Shown: piece by piece, positions 16,564 to 24,946 of the stretch
Position numbering within the stretch: position 1 is the stretch's first letter
Layout of the letters: the number at the start of each line of letters is the position of its first letter
Assembly (NCBI RefSeq): GCF_047555085.1
Contig: NZ_CP180230.1
Coordinates: forward strand, 60,001 to 92,000
DNA: 32,000 nt
Source of the DNA: Candidatus Saccharimonadota bacterium
Lineage (GTDB): Archaea > Nanohalarchaeota > Nanosalinia > Nanosalinales > Nanosalinaceae
Direction: 5' to 3'
Notes under the pieces: model-generated
Told to the model about the DNA's origin: nothing
The model's input: only the letters and a program-made list of their open reading frames with translations
Databases searched by the model: none
Program-made: the position numbers and the translations under genes

Positions 16564-17598
16564 TTATTCCTCAACACGGAACTCGACAGCAACCTTCCGC
16601 TTCGACGGAGAAAAATCTGCTGTCACACGCTTTTCCAAAACTTCTACATCCAGACCTTTCTCAGAGGCCTCCTCACGCACTTTCTTGATAACAGGCCTGT
16701 AAAGATTATCTTTTTCCTCAACGCTGTATACGACAAGTCTGCCGCCATCTTCTGTACATTCCAGGGCCTCTCCGGTGAAATCCAGTGCGTTAGTAGGAGA
16801 AGGCATCAGTACGTGATCGAACTTTCCAAGTGTTGGACAGACTTCTCTTACATCGCCCTGCAGTATCTCAACTTTGTCGCCGACGCTGTTCATCTCGATG
16901 TTCTCTCTTGCGAACTTAACTGCTTCAGGATTTTTCTCCACACCGACTACAGAGGCCTTGCTGTGTTTTGCGATCGTGACAGGGAAAGGCCCGGCGCCTG
17001 CGAACATCACTAGAACTCTGTCATCGTCGTTTACTGATTCAAAGATTCTCTTCCTTTCAGTTCCCTCTCGTTCCGAGAAAAACATCTTCGTCGGATCAAC
17101 TTTCAGACGTACACCGTGCTCCCTGTGAACTGTCTCAGTCTTTTCCCCATAGAGATTTCTGTAGCCGCCGACACGGAACTCTCCGCTCAAATTTTCCTGT
17201 TTCAACAGGATCGAGTCAAGGCCGGGATTGTGTTCGAGAACAGCTTCTACAGCTTCTTCCTCTGATATACCATCCAGTTCGCTGATAACTACAATATCGC
17301 CGATACGCTCATAGGAAGGGATCTCAAGATCTTTCTCCTTATCTTCCTCAAGGATTGAGAGATCGTTCTCGATTTTTTCCTGAATATTCTCCAGGCCTTC
17401 ATCAATAAAGAGTTTCTCATCTTCACCGATCTTCTCCAGGGCCTCTTCATCCCCGAATTCCTCGTATGAAAGAACTCTGATCTCTATCTCAGTTTCCTCG
17501 TTAGAGGCCTTGAACTTTGTCTCCTCCAGTTTTTCAATATCGAAGTCCTGTCGCTGGAAGAGTTCCAAGGCCTTTGATTCAAGTTTTTCCTGTTTCAT
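16564..17598 (-). CDS. trm5: tRNA (m1G37) methyltransferase Trm5 / Taw2-family (Met-10+ like) SAM-dependent methyltransferase
   Basis: VLVMFAGAGPFPVTIAK, GVEKNPEAVKFARENIEMNSVGDKV, FDHVLMPSP and the C-terminal FSPSKRKVAVEFRV parallel the M. jannaschii Trm5 motifs as I recall them (VVDMFAGIG, AIEKDPYTFKFLVENIHLNKVEDRM, ADRILMGY, YAPGVWHVVLDLRV). I cannot separate Trm5 from Taw2 by eye. Confidence 0.75.
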   Translation of the reverse strand: MKQEKLESKALELFQRQDFDIEKLEETKFKASNEETEIEIRVLSYEEFGDEEALEKIGEDEKLFIDEGLENIQEKIENDLSILEEDKEKDLEIPSYERIGDIVVISELDGISEEEAVEAVLEHNPGLDSILLKQENLSGEFRVGGYRNLYGEKTETVHREHGVRLKVDPTKMFFSEREGTERKRIFESVNDDDRVLVMFAGAGPFPVTIAKHSKASVVGVEKNPEAVKFARENIEMNSVGDKVEILQGDVREVCPTLGKFDHVLMPSPTNALDFTGEALECTEDGGRLVVYSVEEKDNLYRPVIKKVREEASEKGLDVEVLEKRVTADFSPSKRKVAVEFRVEE

Positions 17599-17651
17599 AT
17601 CTTTTTCAAGTCCTCAAGGAGTTAAATTGATGAGGGTACAAAAATTTTCCT

Positions 17652-18347
17652 ATGTTACATCTTGTAGGCCTGGGACTGGACGACGGAGAAGTCACGGAGA
17701 AAGGTATAGAAGCGATAAAGGGAAGCGAGAAAATATTTGCAGAGTTCTACACGAATACAGAGACAGTTGATATAGCAGCACTGGAGGAAAAGACAGGAAA
17801 AAGTATAGAGAAACTTTCCAGGAAAGAAGTAGAACAGAAGGATCAGATAATAGAATCCGCAAAAGAAAGAGATACGGTCTTCCTTGTATCTGGAGATCCT
17901 CTTACGGCCACTACACACTATGATATCAAGCATCGGGCAGAGCAGAAAGGGATAGATGTTGAAGTAGTCCATGCGCCTTCAATCTTTACATCTGTGGCTG
18001 AGACAGGCCTTAATGTCTACAAGTTCGGAAGAACTGTTACACTCCCGGAGCATGCATCACCTGAATCTATAATTGATCACGTGGAGAAAAACGATTCTGT
18101 AGGCCTTCATACGCTTGTACTGCTGGACATAAATTACGATGCTGGTGATGCTGCAGAGAAGCTTATAGATATGAGTCCTGAACTCAAGAACAGAGAGGCA
18201 GTTATACTTGAAAGGGCGAACGCACAAGATCAGAATATTGTACACGGAGAACTCGGCGATTTAAGCCCTGAAGGGGAGACACCGCACTGTATCGTTCTTG
18301 TGGGAGAGAAATCTCACAAAGAGGAAGAGAATCTAGAGGCCTACTGA
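17652..18347 (+). CDS. dphB: Diphthine synthase
   Basis: MLHLVGLGLDDGEVTEKGIEAIKGSEKIFAEFYTN, VSGDPLTATTH, VHAPSIFTSVAETGLNVYKFGRTVTL and GLHTLVLLDI match the canonical archaeal DphB/Dph5 blocks (compare P. horikoshii MVLYFIGLGLYDE...AEFYTS, PGDPLVATTH, IHAPSIYSAVGITGLHIYKFG, GLHTLLFLDI). Confidence 0.92.
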   Translation: MLHLVGLGLDDGEVTEKGIEAIKGSEKIFAEFYTNTETVDIAALEEKTGKSIEKLSRKEVEQKDQIIESAKERDTVFLVSGDPLTATTHYDIKHRAEQKGIDVEVVHAPSIFTSVAETGLNVYKFGRTVTLPEHASPESIIDHVEKNDSVGLHTLVLLDINYDAGDAAEKLIDMSPELKNREAVILERANAQDQNIVHGELGDLSPEGETPHCIVLVGEKSHKEEENLEAY

Positions 18348-18357
18348 GTTATTGGCC

Positions 18358-18594
18358 TCAATTTTCCTCGAACTTTCCCAGTCTCTCCAGAGTTTCAAGG
18401 ATTCCCCAGGCATAGATAACTGACTCCCAGGCCCGGATAAAATCTTCTTCATCAAGGAAATGATACGTATCTTTCCTGTAGGCCTCAACGTTTTCCATCT
18501 GTTCGACATCTTTATCGAGGCCTTCTACTCTGTCCTCAAGTCTTTCAAGCCATTTCTCTGTCTCTTCCTTGAGTTTTTCCTGAGTCCTATCCAT
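18358..18594 (-). CDS. Small helical protein, probably of the archaeal DUF357 family
   Basis: 78-aa acidic helical ORF. The segment AYRKDTYHFLDEEDFIRAWESVIYAWGILETLERLG fits my recollection of the DUF357 Y-A-x-G-x-L-D/E signature. It is convergent with dphB, with a 10-nt spacer. Confidence 0.5.
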   Translation of the reverse strand: MDRTQEKLKEETEKWLERLEDRVEGLDKDVEQMENVEAYRKDTYHFLDEEDFIRAWESVIYAWGILETLERLGKFEEN

Positions 18595-18614
18595 AAACAG
18601 GCCTGAAAGCGAGA

Positions 18615-18660
18615 CATATAAAAGAATTATCTTTTACTATTGTCATGTAACAATAGGTGA
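18615..18660 (+). promoter_or_regulatory. Putative TATA box, conserved upstream word and SD-like site for the 301-aa gene
   Basis: catataaaag at 18615-18624, TTGTCAT-GTAACA at 18640-18652, and aggtga at 18655-18660, 9 nt before the ATG at 18670. Confidence 0.45.
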
Positions 18661-18669
18661 TTCAAGTTT

Positions 18670-19575
18670 ATGGGAATATTCGGACCGGCTCCAAGTATAA
18701 TTGATGCAGGCGCAGCAGCTGTAGAAGGAATGAGGAGACTTCAGGACTATGTAGAGGGTGATGATTATGACTCTCTGACTGATGAAGAGCTCCAGCAGTG
18801 GGCTGACGACAACGGATTTTCTTACAGGAAAGAAGATGGAGTAACTCATCTGGAGCCGGAGACTGAGGAAGCCCAGCAGTTGGTCGCAGAGACTGATATC
18901 GATTCTGATGAAGAGTATCCAATCGAGAGAAGGATGCTTGAGTCAGGTCCTGAAATTCTTGCACTTGAATCGGAAAATAATGCTGAAAGTGGATCTACTA
19001 TGACAGATGACTACGAATTTGAACTGAATCAGACGGAGGCCCTGCACGCAGGGTCTATGGAACACTACGAAAACCAGGATGAATACGGCGATCTAGAACA
19101 GGGAGAACTGGAAGCTCTAGGACTTGCTCTTTACGTTGAAGAGGCCGTCAGCGACGAGTCAGATCTTGTCGATAGAGACGACATGATCAACTACATCATG
19201 GAGAATGACGTCGATGGAGAGGCCTTTGTAGAGTTCAAGAAAGGTCTTGCAAGCGATTACGACGACTTCGCTGAAACTATGAATGCTTTCATCGGCCACA
19301 GAGATGAGCTTATCGAAGAGCTTGGAGCAACAGGAACGCTTTACCAGGCTCTTCAGGCAGAGACAAGAGCTGAAAGAGATAGCGCTGAAGATGCAATGAG
19401 CTCCGTAAAGTCGGCAGCTTCAGACGCCAAGACAAGCAGCGAATGGCTTGACAACGTAGCTGATCTTGATGGAGCAATTCAGGCTGAACAGGAATCTGCT
19501 CAGAGGAAGCAGGAGCTTGAAGAAGGTCTTCAGGAGATCAGAGAAGAAATAGGTCTTGAAGAAGACGACGAATAA
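18670..19575 (+). CDS. Hyper-acidic soluble protein (301 aa), paralogue A, unknown function
   Basis: No TM or signal peptide. The C-terminal ~150 aa align with the next gene (LEALGLALYVEE..., LASDYDDFAETMNAFIGHRDELIEEL, LYQALQAE, SSEWLDNV). Confidence 0.75.
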   Translation: MGIFGPAPSIIDAGAAAVEGMRRLQDYVEGDDYDSLTDEELQQWADDNGFSYRKEDGVTHLEPETEEAQQLVAETDIDSDEEYPIERRMLESGPEILALESENNAESGSTMTDDYEFELNQTEALHAGSMEHYENQDEYGDLEQGELEALGLALYVEEAVSDESDLVDRDDMINYIMENDVDGEAFVEFKKGLASDYDDFAETMNAFIGHRDELIEELGATGTLYQALQAETRAERDSAEDAMSSVKSAASDAKTSSEWLDNVADLDGAIQAEQESAQRKQELEEGLQEIREEIGLEEDDE

Positions 19576-19585
19576 TCTCTCACTT

Positions 19586-19620
19586 ATTTTTCCTTCTTTT
19601 TTTCTTTTCCTTTTCTGTAA
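19586..19620 (+). terminator. Putative oligo-T terminator
   Basis: atttttccttctttttttcttttccttttctgtaa lies immediately after the stop at 19573-19575. It ends with the same TTTTCTGTAA 10-mer seen at 7367-7376. Confidence 0.55.
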
Positions 19621-19678
19621 GTATTCCGGTATAACAAAAATGAATAAAAGTGTTGTCATTCTATAGTAACATACTGAG

Positions 19679-20512
19679 GTGTCTGTGATTTCAACTGGTG
19701 CTGGACTTAACAGGAGAGAACTGCGGGAGACTGCAGTAGACCACGTACTGGATAATATGGATCAGTACGATGATCCTGTTGACTATGAAGCTCTAGGACT
19801 GGCTCTATACACTGAAGACGTTATCACGGGCGCCAGAGATGATTTAGATAGTTCGGAGATTACAGACTATCTTGCTGAAAACAATGTAGATGATCAGAGA
19901 TTCATAGGCTACAAGGCAAGCCTTGCCAGCGACTATGATGAATTTGTCGGATTTATGGAAGACTTTATCGGCATGCGGGACGAGTTAGTGGATGATATCG
20001 AGTCTGAGGGAGTTTTCTACCAGGCGCTTTACGAAGAGGCCAAGAATGAAAGAAATAACGCTGAACAGGCACTGAACGATATTATAGGCCTGGTTTCCGA
20101 TGCAAGGGCAGAATCGTCATGGCTTGATAATATACCGGAAAGAGGCCCGGAACAGGATGATCCGGAAACAGATAATCCGGAGCCGGAAAGGCCTGGTTCT
20201 GGGCCAGGAACGCCAGGAGAGGATTCAGATAATTTCTCTACATGGTCCAACTACAACTTCGGGGAGCAGGTTATCTCCGGAGGCCTGAATACCTGGTCGA
20301 ACTATAACTTTGGGACACAGGTCGCAGGATTTGAGGGCGTAGAGGTAATTGAAGGAGAGCTTAACGAAGATATACTTGAGGAAGACTTCCCGTTATTTGA
20401 GGAACAGGAGCAAAGCTCTGAATCATGGATCTACAATCCACAGATCAGGGTCAGCCCGACTATAAATATTACAGCTGGCGGCGAGAGCTGGAGCTTTGAC
20501 CAGGCCTCTTGA
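19679..20512 (+). CDS. Hyper-acidic soluble protein (277 aa), paralogue B, with a PG-rich linker and a short internal repeat
   Basis: GTG start at 19679, or GTG at 19685. The shared domain reads YEALGLALYTED, LASDYDEFVGFMEDFIGMRDELVDDI, FYQALYEE, ESSWLDNI. The internal duplication reads FSTWSNYNFGEQV / LNTWSNYNFGTQV. Confidence 0.75.
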   Translation: MSVISTGAGLNRRELRETAVDHVLDNMDQYDDPVDYEALGLALYTEDVITGARDDLDSSEITDYLAENNVDDQRFIGYKASLASDYDEFVGFMEDFIGMRDELVDDIESEGVFYQALYEEAKNERNNAEQALNDIIGLVSDARAESSWLDNIPERGPEQDDPETDNPEPERPGSGPGTPGEDSDNFSTWSNYNFGEQVISGGLNTWSNYNFGTQVAGFEGVEVIEGELNEDILEEDFPLFEEQEQSSESWIYNPQIRVSPTINITAGGESWSFDQAS

Positions 20513-20537
20513 AAACAGTTCTATAGCCCTGAGAAGG

Positions 20538-20554
20538 GTTAACTTATAATTAAC
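20538..20554 (+). promoter_or_regulatory. Putative TATA box embedded in a 17-nt near-palindrome, upstream of a probably leaderless gene
   Basis: gttaacttataattaac has one symmetric mismatch pair. Its centre is about 28 nt upstream of the ATG at 20575. Confidence 0.45.
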
Positions 20555-20574
20555 TTTAAGATAAAACATACTTC

Positions 20575-22452
20575 ATGCAGCAGGCCTTACCTGAGGATCT
20601 ATGGTTTTTCATAATTGTAATGGCTCTGCTGATACTTGCGTACCTCTGGAATGACAGAGGGAGTTCAGGAGGAAAGAAGAAAAGAAAGAAGAGGAAAACA
20701 CCTGAACCAGAAGAGCCAGAGACGCCTGAAGAGCCGCCTGACATACGCATAGCGCGTCGAGGATCTACAACACCTGGAGAAGAATGCTGGATAAAGGCCT
20801 CTTTCACCACTGGAACTGGCGAAGTTCAGTCTCTAAAGGCTGAGATAAACGGTCAGGAAGTAGGGATCCGCGAGAGGCAGGGCAATGCGTTCATATCAAA
20901 TCCTGCAGAAGTACAGGAAGGAGAGAACAGGTTAAAGGCCTCGATAAAAACAGATGTAGCAACTAAGACAGATTCCACAACTTTCCCTGCAGGTGAGAGA
21001 GTTCCTGATGATGAGGAAGGCCCTACGCTACTGCTTGACTACAATATAGTTGATGAACGTAATGGGCATGTCCAGATAGAGGCCGATGCCCGCAGAGGTT
21101 CGGCGCCTATAGTGCAGACAGCCATATCTCTTTCTACCAGAGACAGAACTGTCGGAGGAAATAGCGACAACAGTGACTACTGTGAATTTGAAGCTGAAGG
21201 TTTACCGCCTGGAAATTATGTTATAGATGCTGTAACACAGGACGAAAACAGTTTAACAAATGAAAAAACAGAAACATTTACGCTTGAAGATACTTCCGGG
21301 CCGGGACCAGGAGAGCCTACAGGCCCTGAAGGTGGTGGAGGATATTCTGGCATACCTAACGTCTTTAATCCTCAGATAGAGGCCTCGCCTGAGATAAATC
21401 TTGATGTTCCTGAGGAGGCGATTCATATCTTGCAGGATATAGTTGGAGAGGTTGACAGAGAGGCGCCGGGAGATGTCTCTCAGGAAGTTGGGATGGAGGG
21501 TTATCAGATATTGATGGCTATGCACATGCTTCAAAATGATCTTGATGGCGATGATAATCGCCAGATTGTTGAGGAGCTGGAAAGGATAAGAGAAAGTCTT
21601 GGTCAGGGCCAGGTGTCGGAGAATGATCTTGAAAGTTCTCTCAGAGCTGTTCTGCATGATGTGTTTGGACAGGATCTTCAGGATGTGCTTGAGGGCCTGG
21701 AAGTAAACGGTTTCGATGAGGAAGCTATCGTTCAGGCTATAAATGAAAATAACGTGGATCTGGAGCCTCTGGCCGCCCGTCTTTCTGATATTGAACAAGC
21801 TGTTGGACAGCTGGAGAGTCAGGGTACAGACCTGACGGATATTGAGCAAAGGCTTGATTCTATAGAGGAGGCGGTGGAGGAGTCAGGAGGTTTTGACAGG
21901 ACAGCTGTCAATCCGATGGCGATGACTAGAGATCCTGAGGAGTCAGGATCCGGAGGTAATAAAAACGAGGAAAGTGTAAAAGATCGTATGGCAAAAGCCA
22001 ATACTCTGCAACACATTGATCAAGCTGAAAGTGCGTTAGAAAATCTGAAAGAGGAACAGAGCCAGATTGAGGATGATCTACAGGATGCTCACGCAACTCT
22101 GCAAGATCTACAGAATAACCTCCATGATGCTATAAAACACGAAAACCATCTTGACAACGTTCTAGATGATAATAATCTGAAGAATCCTAACAAGATCAAA
22201 GAAAATTACCAGTCTGAAATCCAGCAGATCAAGGAGGATATCAAGGCTGCTATCAAAGATTACAGAAGATTCGAAGGCGATGTAGAAGAGATCAGCAGAC
22301 TAGTTGATGAAGAAGAAGATGGAACTAATCAGCTTCAGAGACTTGACGAGGCCGTCGGAACTTCTATTCAGCACGTAGAACAGCTTGCTGAAAAAGTTAA
22401 AGAAGCCTACGGAGTTGAACTGGATACAAACCCACAGGTAAACTTTAACTAA
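20575..22452 (+). CDS. N-terminally membrane-anchored protein (625 aa) with a poly-Lys/Arg patch, a Pro/Glu linker, beta-sandwich-like domains and a long acidic coiled coil
   Basis: One TM (LWFFIIVMALLILAYLW) is followed by GGKKKRKKRKTPEPEEPETPEEPP. By the positive-inside rule the bulk of the protein is cytoplasmic. The C-terminal ~250 aa have heptad-like, Q/E/D/L-rich sequence (LENLKEEQSQIEDDLQDAHATLQDLQNNLHDAIKHE). Confidence 0.8.
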   Translation: MQQALPEDLWFFIIVMALLILAYLWNDRGSSGGKKKRKKRKTPEPEEPETPEEPPDIRIARRGSTTPGEECWIKASFTTGTGEVQSLKAEINGQEVGIRERQGNAFISNPAEVQEGENRLKASIKTDVATKTDSTTFPAGERVPDDEEGPTLLLDYNIVDERNGHVQIEADARRGSAPIVQTAISLSTRDRTVGGNSDNSDYCEFEAEGLPPGNYVIDAVTQDENSLTNEKTETFTLEDTSGPGPGEPTGPEGGGGYSGIPNVFNPQIEASPEINLDVPEEAIHILQDIVGEVDREAPGDVSQEVGMEGYQILMAMHMLQNDLDGDDNRQIVEELERIRESLGQGQVSENDLESSLRAVLHDVFGQDLQDVLEGLEVNGFDEEAIVQAINENNVDLEPLAARLSDIEQAVGQLESQGTDLTDIEQRLDSIEEAVEESGGFDRTAVNPMAMTRDPEESGSGGNKNEESVKDRMAKANTLQHIDQAESALENLKEEQSQIEDDLQDAHATLQDLQNNLHDAIKHENHLDNVLDDNNLKNPNKIKENYQSEIQQIKEDIKAAIKDYRRFEGDVEEISRLVDEEEDGTNQLQRLDEAVGTSIQHVEQLAEKVKEAYGVELDTNPQVNFN

Positions 22453-22504
22453 AATCATCAATTTCTGTGGAGAGAGCGATCTCTCCCAGTCATTTCCATC
22501 TCAG

Positions 22505-22517
22505 TTTTATTAATTAA
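22505..22517 (+). promoter_or_regulatory. Putative TATA box for a leaderless 95-aa gene
   Basis: ttttattaattaa is centred about 25 nt upstream of the ATG at 22536. Confidence 0.45.
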
Positions 22518-22535
22518 GACTTCTAATTTCACACT

Positions 22536-22823
22536 ATGAGAGATCCCTGGAAGTACCTGGCCTTCCCTATTGCCGCAATCATAGGATATCTGGCATCTCT
22601 AGGTCTTACAAGTGTAGTCGCAAACAGTACAGGCCTAGCAGAAGGAGTTGCCAAATTTGCTGTCATAGGAGGTACAGGCCTCGTTGCAGGGTTCATGATT
22701 GATGAAGTCATCCCGGCTTACATCGAGAAAATCCGTGAAGGCGGATCCGGAGGCGATATGGGCGGTGACTTCGGCGGTGGCGGCGGAGATGACGACTTCG
22801 GCGGTGACATGGACTTTGGATAG
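22536..22823 (+). CDS. Small two-TM membrane protein (95 aa) with a Gly/Asp/Phe tail
   Basis: Hydrophobic segments YLAFPIAAIIGYLASLGLTSVV and FAVIGGTGLVAGFMI. The tail reads GGSGGDMGGDFGGGGGDDDFGGDMDFG. Confidence 0.65.
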   Translation: MRDPWKYLAFPIAAIIGYLASLGLTSVVANSTGLAEGVAKFAVIGGTGLVAGFMIDEVIPAYIEKIREGGSGGDMGGDFGGGGGDDDFGGDMDFG

Positions 22824-23265
22824 AAAGAAACTTTTTCTAGGCCTCTTACTCGTATTTTTTGTTTCAGCGGCAGCCGCAGCTACGTATGGCTACAGCGGCT
22901 ATAATTCGTATAACGGGCTTGCATTGATTAATCTTGACGATCCGCAGCAGGTCCTAACGGCTTTTGTGGCTCCATTCCTACTCATTACATTGATTTTCCA
23001 GAGAGGATACTACAAGGCACTTTCGTTTACTCTAGCTGATGAGCCCACGAATATGTGGCCTTCTCCTGATGAGGATGATGAACGGGTCAGGATAAAGAAG
23101 TACTCGATGATAATGTCTCTGGCAACTGCGGGTATGATTGTTCCTACGCCCTGGTTCAATCTGATCCGCAACTGGGTTGCAGCTCTATTTGGAATGATAG
23201 GATTCCTGTTCTTCGGAGCTATATTTGCTGCATTTGTCTACGTTCTGTGGAAGGCCTTCTCCTAG
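22804..23265 (+). CDS. Polytopic membrane protein (about 154 aa)
   Basis: Track ORF 22699..23265 overlaps the previous gene by 125 nt. GTG at 22804 (or TTG at 22816) gives VTWTLDRKKLFLGLLLVFFVSAAAAA..., a typical signal or anchor sequence, and reduces the overlap to 20 nt. There are 3-4 hydrophobic segments. Confidence 0.6.
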   Translation: MTWTLDRKKLFLGLLLVFFVSAAAAATYGYSGYNSYNGLALINLDDPQQVLTAFVAPFLLITLIFQRGYYKALSFTLADEPTNMWPSPDEDDERVRIKKYSMIMSLATAGMIVPTPWFNLIRNWVAALFGMIGFLFFGAIFAAFVYVLWKAFS

Positions 23266-23284
23266 AAGGGCTTAATGCATTTAA

Positions 23285-24898
23285 ATGAGGAGACTAAACA
23301 ATTTACGTATGAAAAGGAAGATTCTGGCTCTTTCCGGATTTCTAACATCAATAACAGCCTCTGCATCAGCACAGGTTACAGGAGGGTCAGGTGAAATTAC
23401 TTCCGTATTCGCCATACTAGGCCAGGTACTGGGGATAGATATAGGCAATCCCTACAGCGCACTGGCACTTCTAGCTACTCTAGGTATAATGTCTCTTTCT
23501 ACCTACATCGTTCTGAAAGAGGCCTTCAAGAAAATGGATATGCTTGATACGGTACTACCGGGAAGCGGCCGTAACGGAGGAGGCAGAAATATTCTGGCAC
23601 TTCTATCCGTTCTTATAACATTAACAATATTCGGTACAGGAGCTGCAGCAGGCATAATTCAGGGATTCCAGGCAATATTCCTTCTTGGATTCGTATTCAT
23701 GATGATAGGAGGAGGAGTATTCATCATGATCGGTGGATCAGGAATGATTCTAGGAGGAGGGTCCAAGGCAATGGGTAAGTTCTCCAAAGATGCAGCTGAA
23801 GGGATATCTGAAGGTATGGAAGCCGTAGGAGAGATAGATGATATACTGGGAACAGCAGAAAGAGAGGCACAGGACGGTGCGGAAAACAATGATGAAGAAG
23901 AGGAAGAAGAGGCCGCTGAAAGGATAGAGAGGGCGCTTGAACTGATGAATGAAGTACTAGTCAACACTGCAGGAGATCTTGACTCAAAGAGAAATGAAGT
24001 AACAGATGCTGTAGGGAAAGTAGAAGAGGCTATAGGCCTGGAAGAAGACGAGTTTGAACAGCTTGGATACATCGACCAGCGCTTCAAGAGAGCAAATATC
24101 TTCCTTCATGAGGCCTCACAGGTAGTAGAATCTTCAGGTCCTGGAGGATCAGATCTGTTGAATGGAGAAGGAGCATTTAATCTTACTGATGACTGGTCTG
24201 ACCAGATCAGCATTGGAGCTTTACAGGGAATAGAAGGATTACATAAGAACAGTCCTGGTATGTCTGCTTCGGATCTTTACGGCCTTGCAGGAGTCAGAGA
24301 GGATTTCGAGAAGATCAATCAGTCCCTGGATATGATGACTGAGGAGCTCAGTGAAGAAGAGGGCGATATGGCAGAGGCCTTCCAGGAGCTCGTTGATGCA
24401 GTTGAGGCTGCTGTCGGGTATCATGAGATTCTTCAGGATCTTGGAGAATTGCTTGATGAAGCAGAGAGGGACGATGAGATGCTTGAACAGCTTGCTCAGT
24501 CCAGAGATTGGCGCAGACTTTACAATGAAGCTGATCACGAGGAAGATGAGGAGAGGCAGCTTGAGAACAGGAAGGCCGAGATTACAGGAGAGGAAGATGC
24601 TTTGAGAAGCGAGCTTAACTCTGCTGTAAATCTTCTGAAGAAGCATTTGCAGGAGGATGACAGGATTATCCAGGAAATAAGAAATGAGCTCGAAAACGAT
24701 GAAAGAAGTATTGAAGACGCTCTGTCAACGCTTTCAGGCGAGCTTGAAGGCACAGGCTACGAGTCTGCTCTTGGAGAGCTTGATAATATGCTGGCATCTA
24801 TAGAGGCCAGAATCGAGCGCATAGAAGATGAGGATATAAATGAAGAACAGAGGGAGAGAGAAGTTATCCAGCAGGCTCAGCAACATCTGGAAGGATAG
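23285..24898 (+). CDS. Polytopic membrane protein (537 aa) with a long acidic C-terminal coiled-coil domain
   Basis: The signal-like N-terminus is MKRKILALSGFLTSITASASA/QV if the ATG at 23309 is used. Four or five Gly-rich TM segments follow (FQAIFLLGFVFMMIGGGVFIMIGGSGMILGGG). After them come ~370 aa rich in E/D/L with heptad character (EDALRSELNSAVNLLKKHLQEDDRIIQEIRNELENDERSIEDAL). Confidence 0.8.
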   Translation: MRRLNNLRMKRKILALSGFLTSITASASAQVTGGSGEITSVFAILGQVLGIDIGNPYSALALLATLGIMSLSTYIVLKEAFKKMDMLDTVLPGSGRNGGGRNILALLSVLITLTIFGTGAAAGIIQGFQAIFLLGFVFMMIGGGVFIMIGGSGMILGGGSKAMGKFSKDAAEGISEGMEAVGEIDDILGTAEREAQDGAENNDEEEEEEAAERIERALELMNEVLVNTAGDLDSKRNEVTDAVGKVEEAIGLEEDEFEQLGYIDQRFKRANIFLHEASQVVESSGPGGSDLLNGEGAFNLTDDWSDQISIGALQGIEGLHKNSPGMSASDLYGLAGVREDFEKINQSLDMMTEELSEEEGDMAEAFQELVDAVEAAVGYHEILQDLGELLDEAERDDEMLEQLAQSRDWRRLYNEADHEEDEERQLENRKAEITGEEDALRSELNSAVNLLKKHLQEDDRIIQEIRNELENDERSIEDALSTLSGELEGTGYESALGELDNMLASIEARIERIEDEDINEEQREREVIQQAQQHLEG

Positions 24899-24912
24899 GC
24901 CTGATTTTCTTC

Positions 24913-24924
24913 TAATTATTTAAA
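24913..24924 (+). promoter_or_regulatory. Putative TATA-box promoter element (TAATTATTTAAA) for the 754-aa gene
   Basis: The 12-mer taattatttaaa is centred about 29 nt upstream of the ATG at 24947. An identical 12-mer recurs at 27312-27323. Confidence 0.5.
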
Positions 24925-24946
24925 CCGGGAGAGGAAAGTATGTACT

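Noticed and set aside
21253-21849. 198-aa ORF on the minus strand
   Set aside because: It lies entirely antisense to the well-supported 625-aa gene. Its translation is basic and rich in Leu, Ile, Ser and Arg, unlike the acidic proteome, and it has no plausible promoter or start context. It is a shadow ORF. The same reasoning applies to the other short antisense or overlapping track ORFs, for example 851..1039, 2381..3307, 8498..9081, 10822..12321, 23659..24087 and 24239..24753.
22699-22803. The long N-terminal extension of ORF 22699..23265 (MMKSSRLTSRKSVKADPEA...)
   Set aside because: It overlaps 125 nt of the 95-aa gene in another frame, is basic and non-hydrophobic, and precedes an obvious signal/anchor sequence that starts at GTG 22804. 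I also found no support for a programmed frameshift fusing the two ORFs, because no slippery heptamer was noticed.
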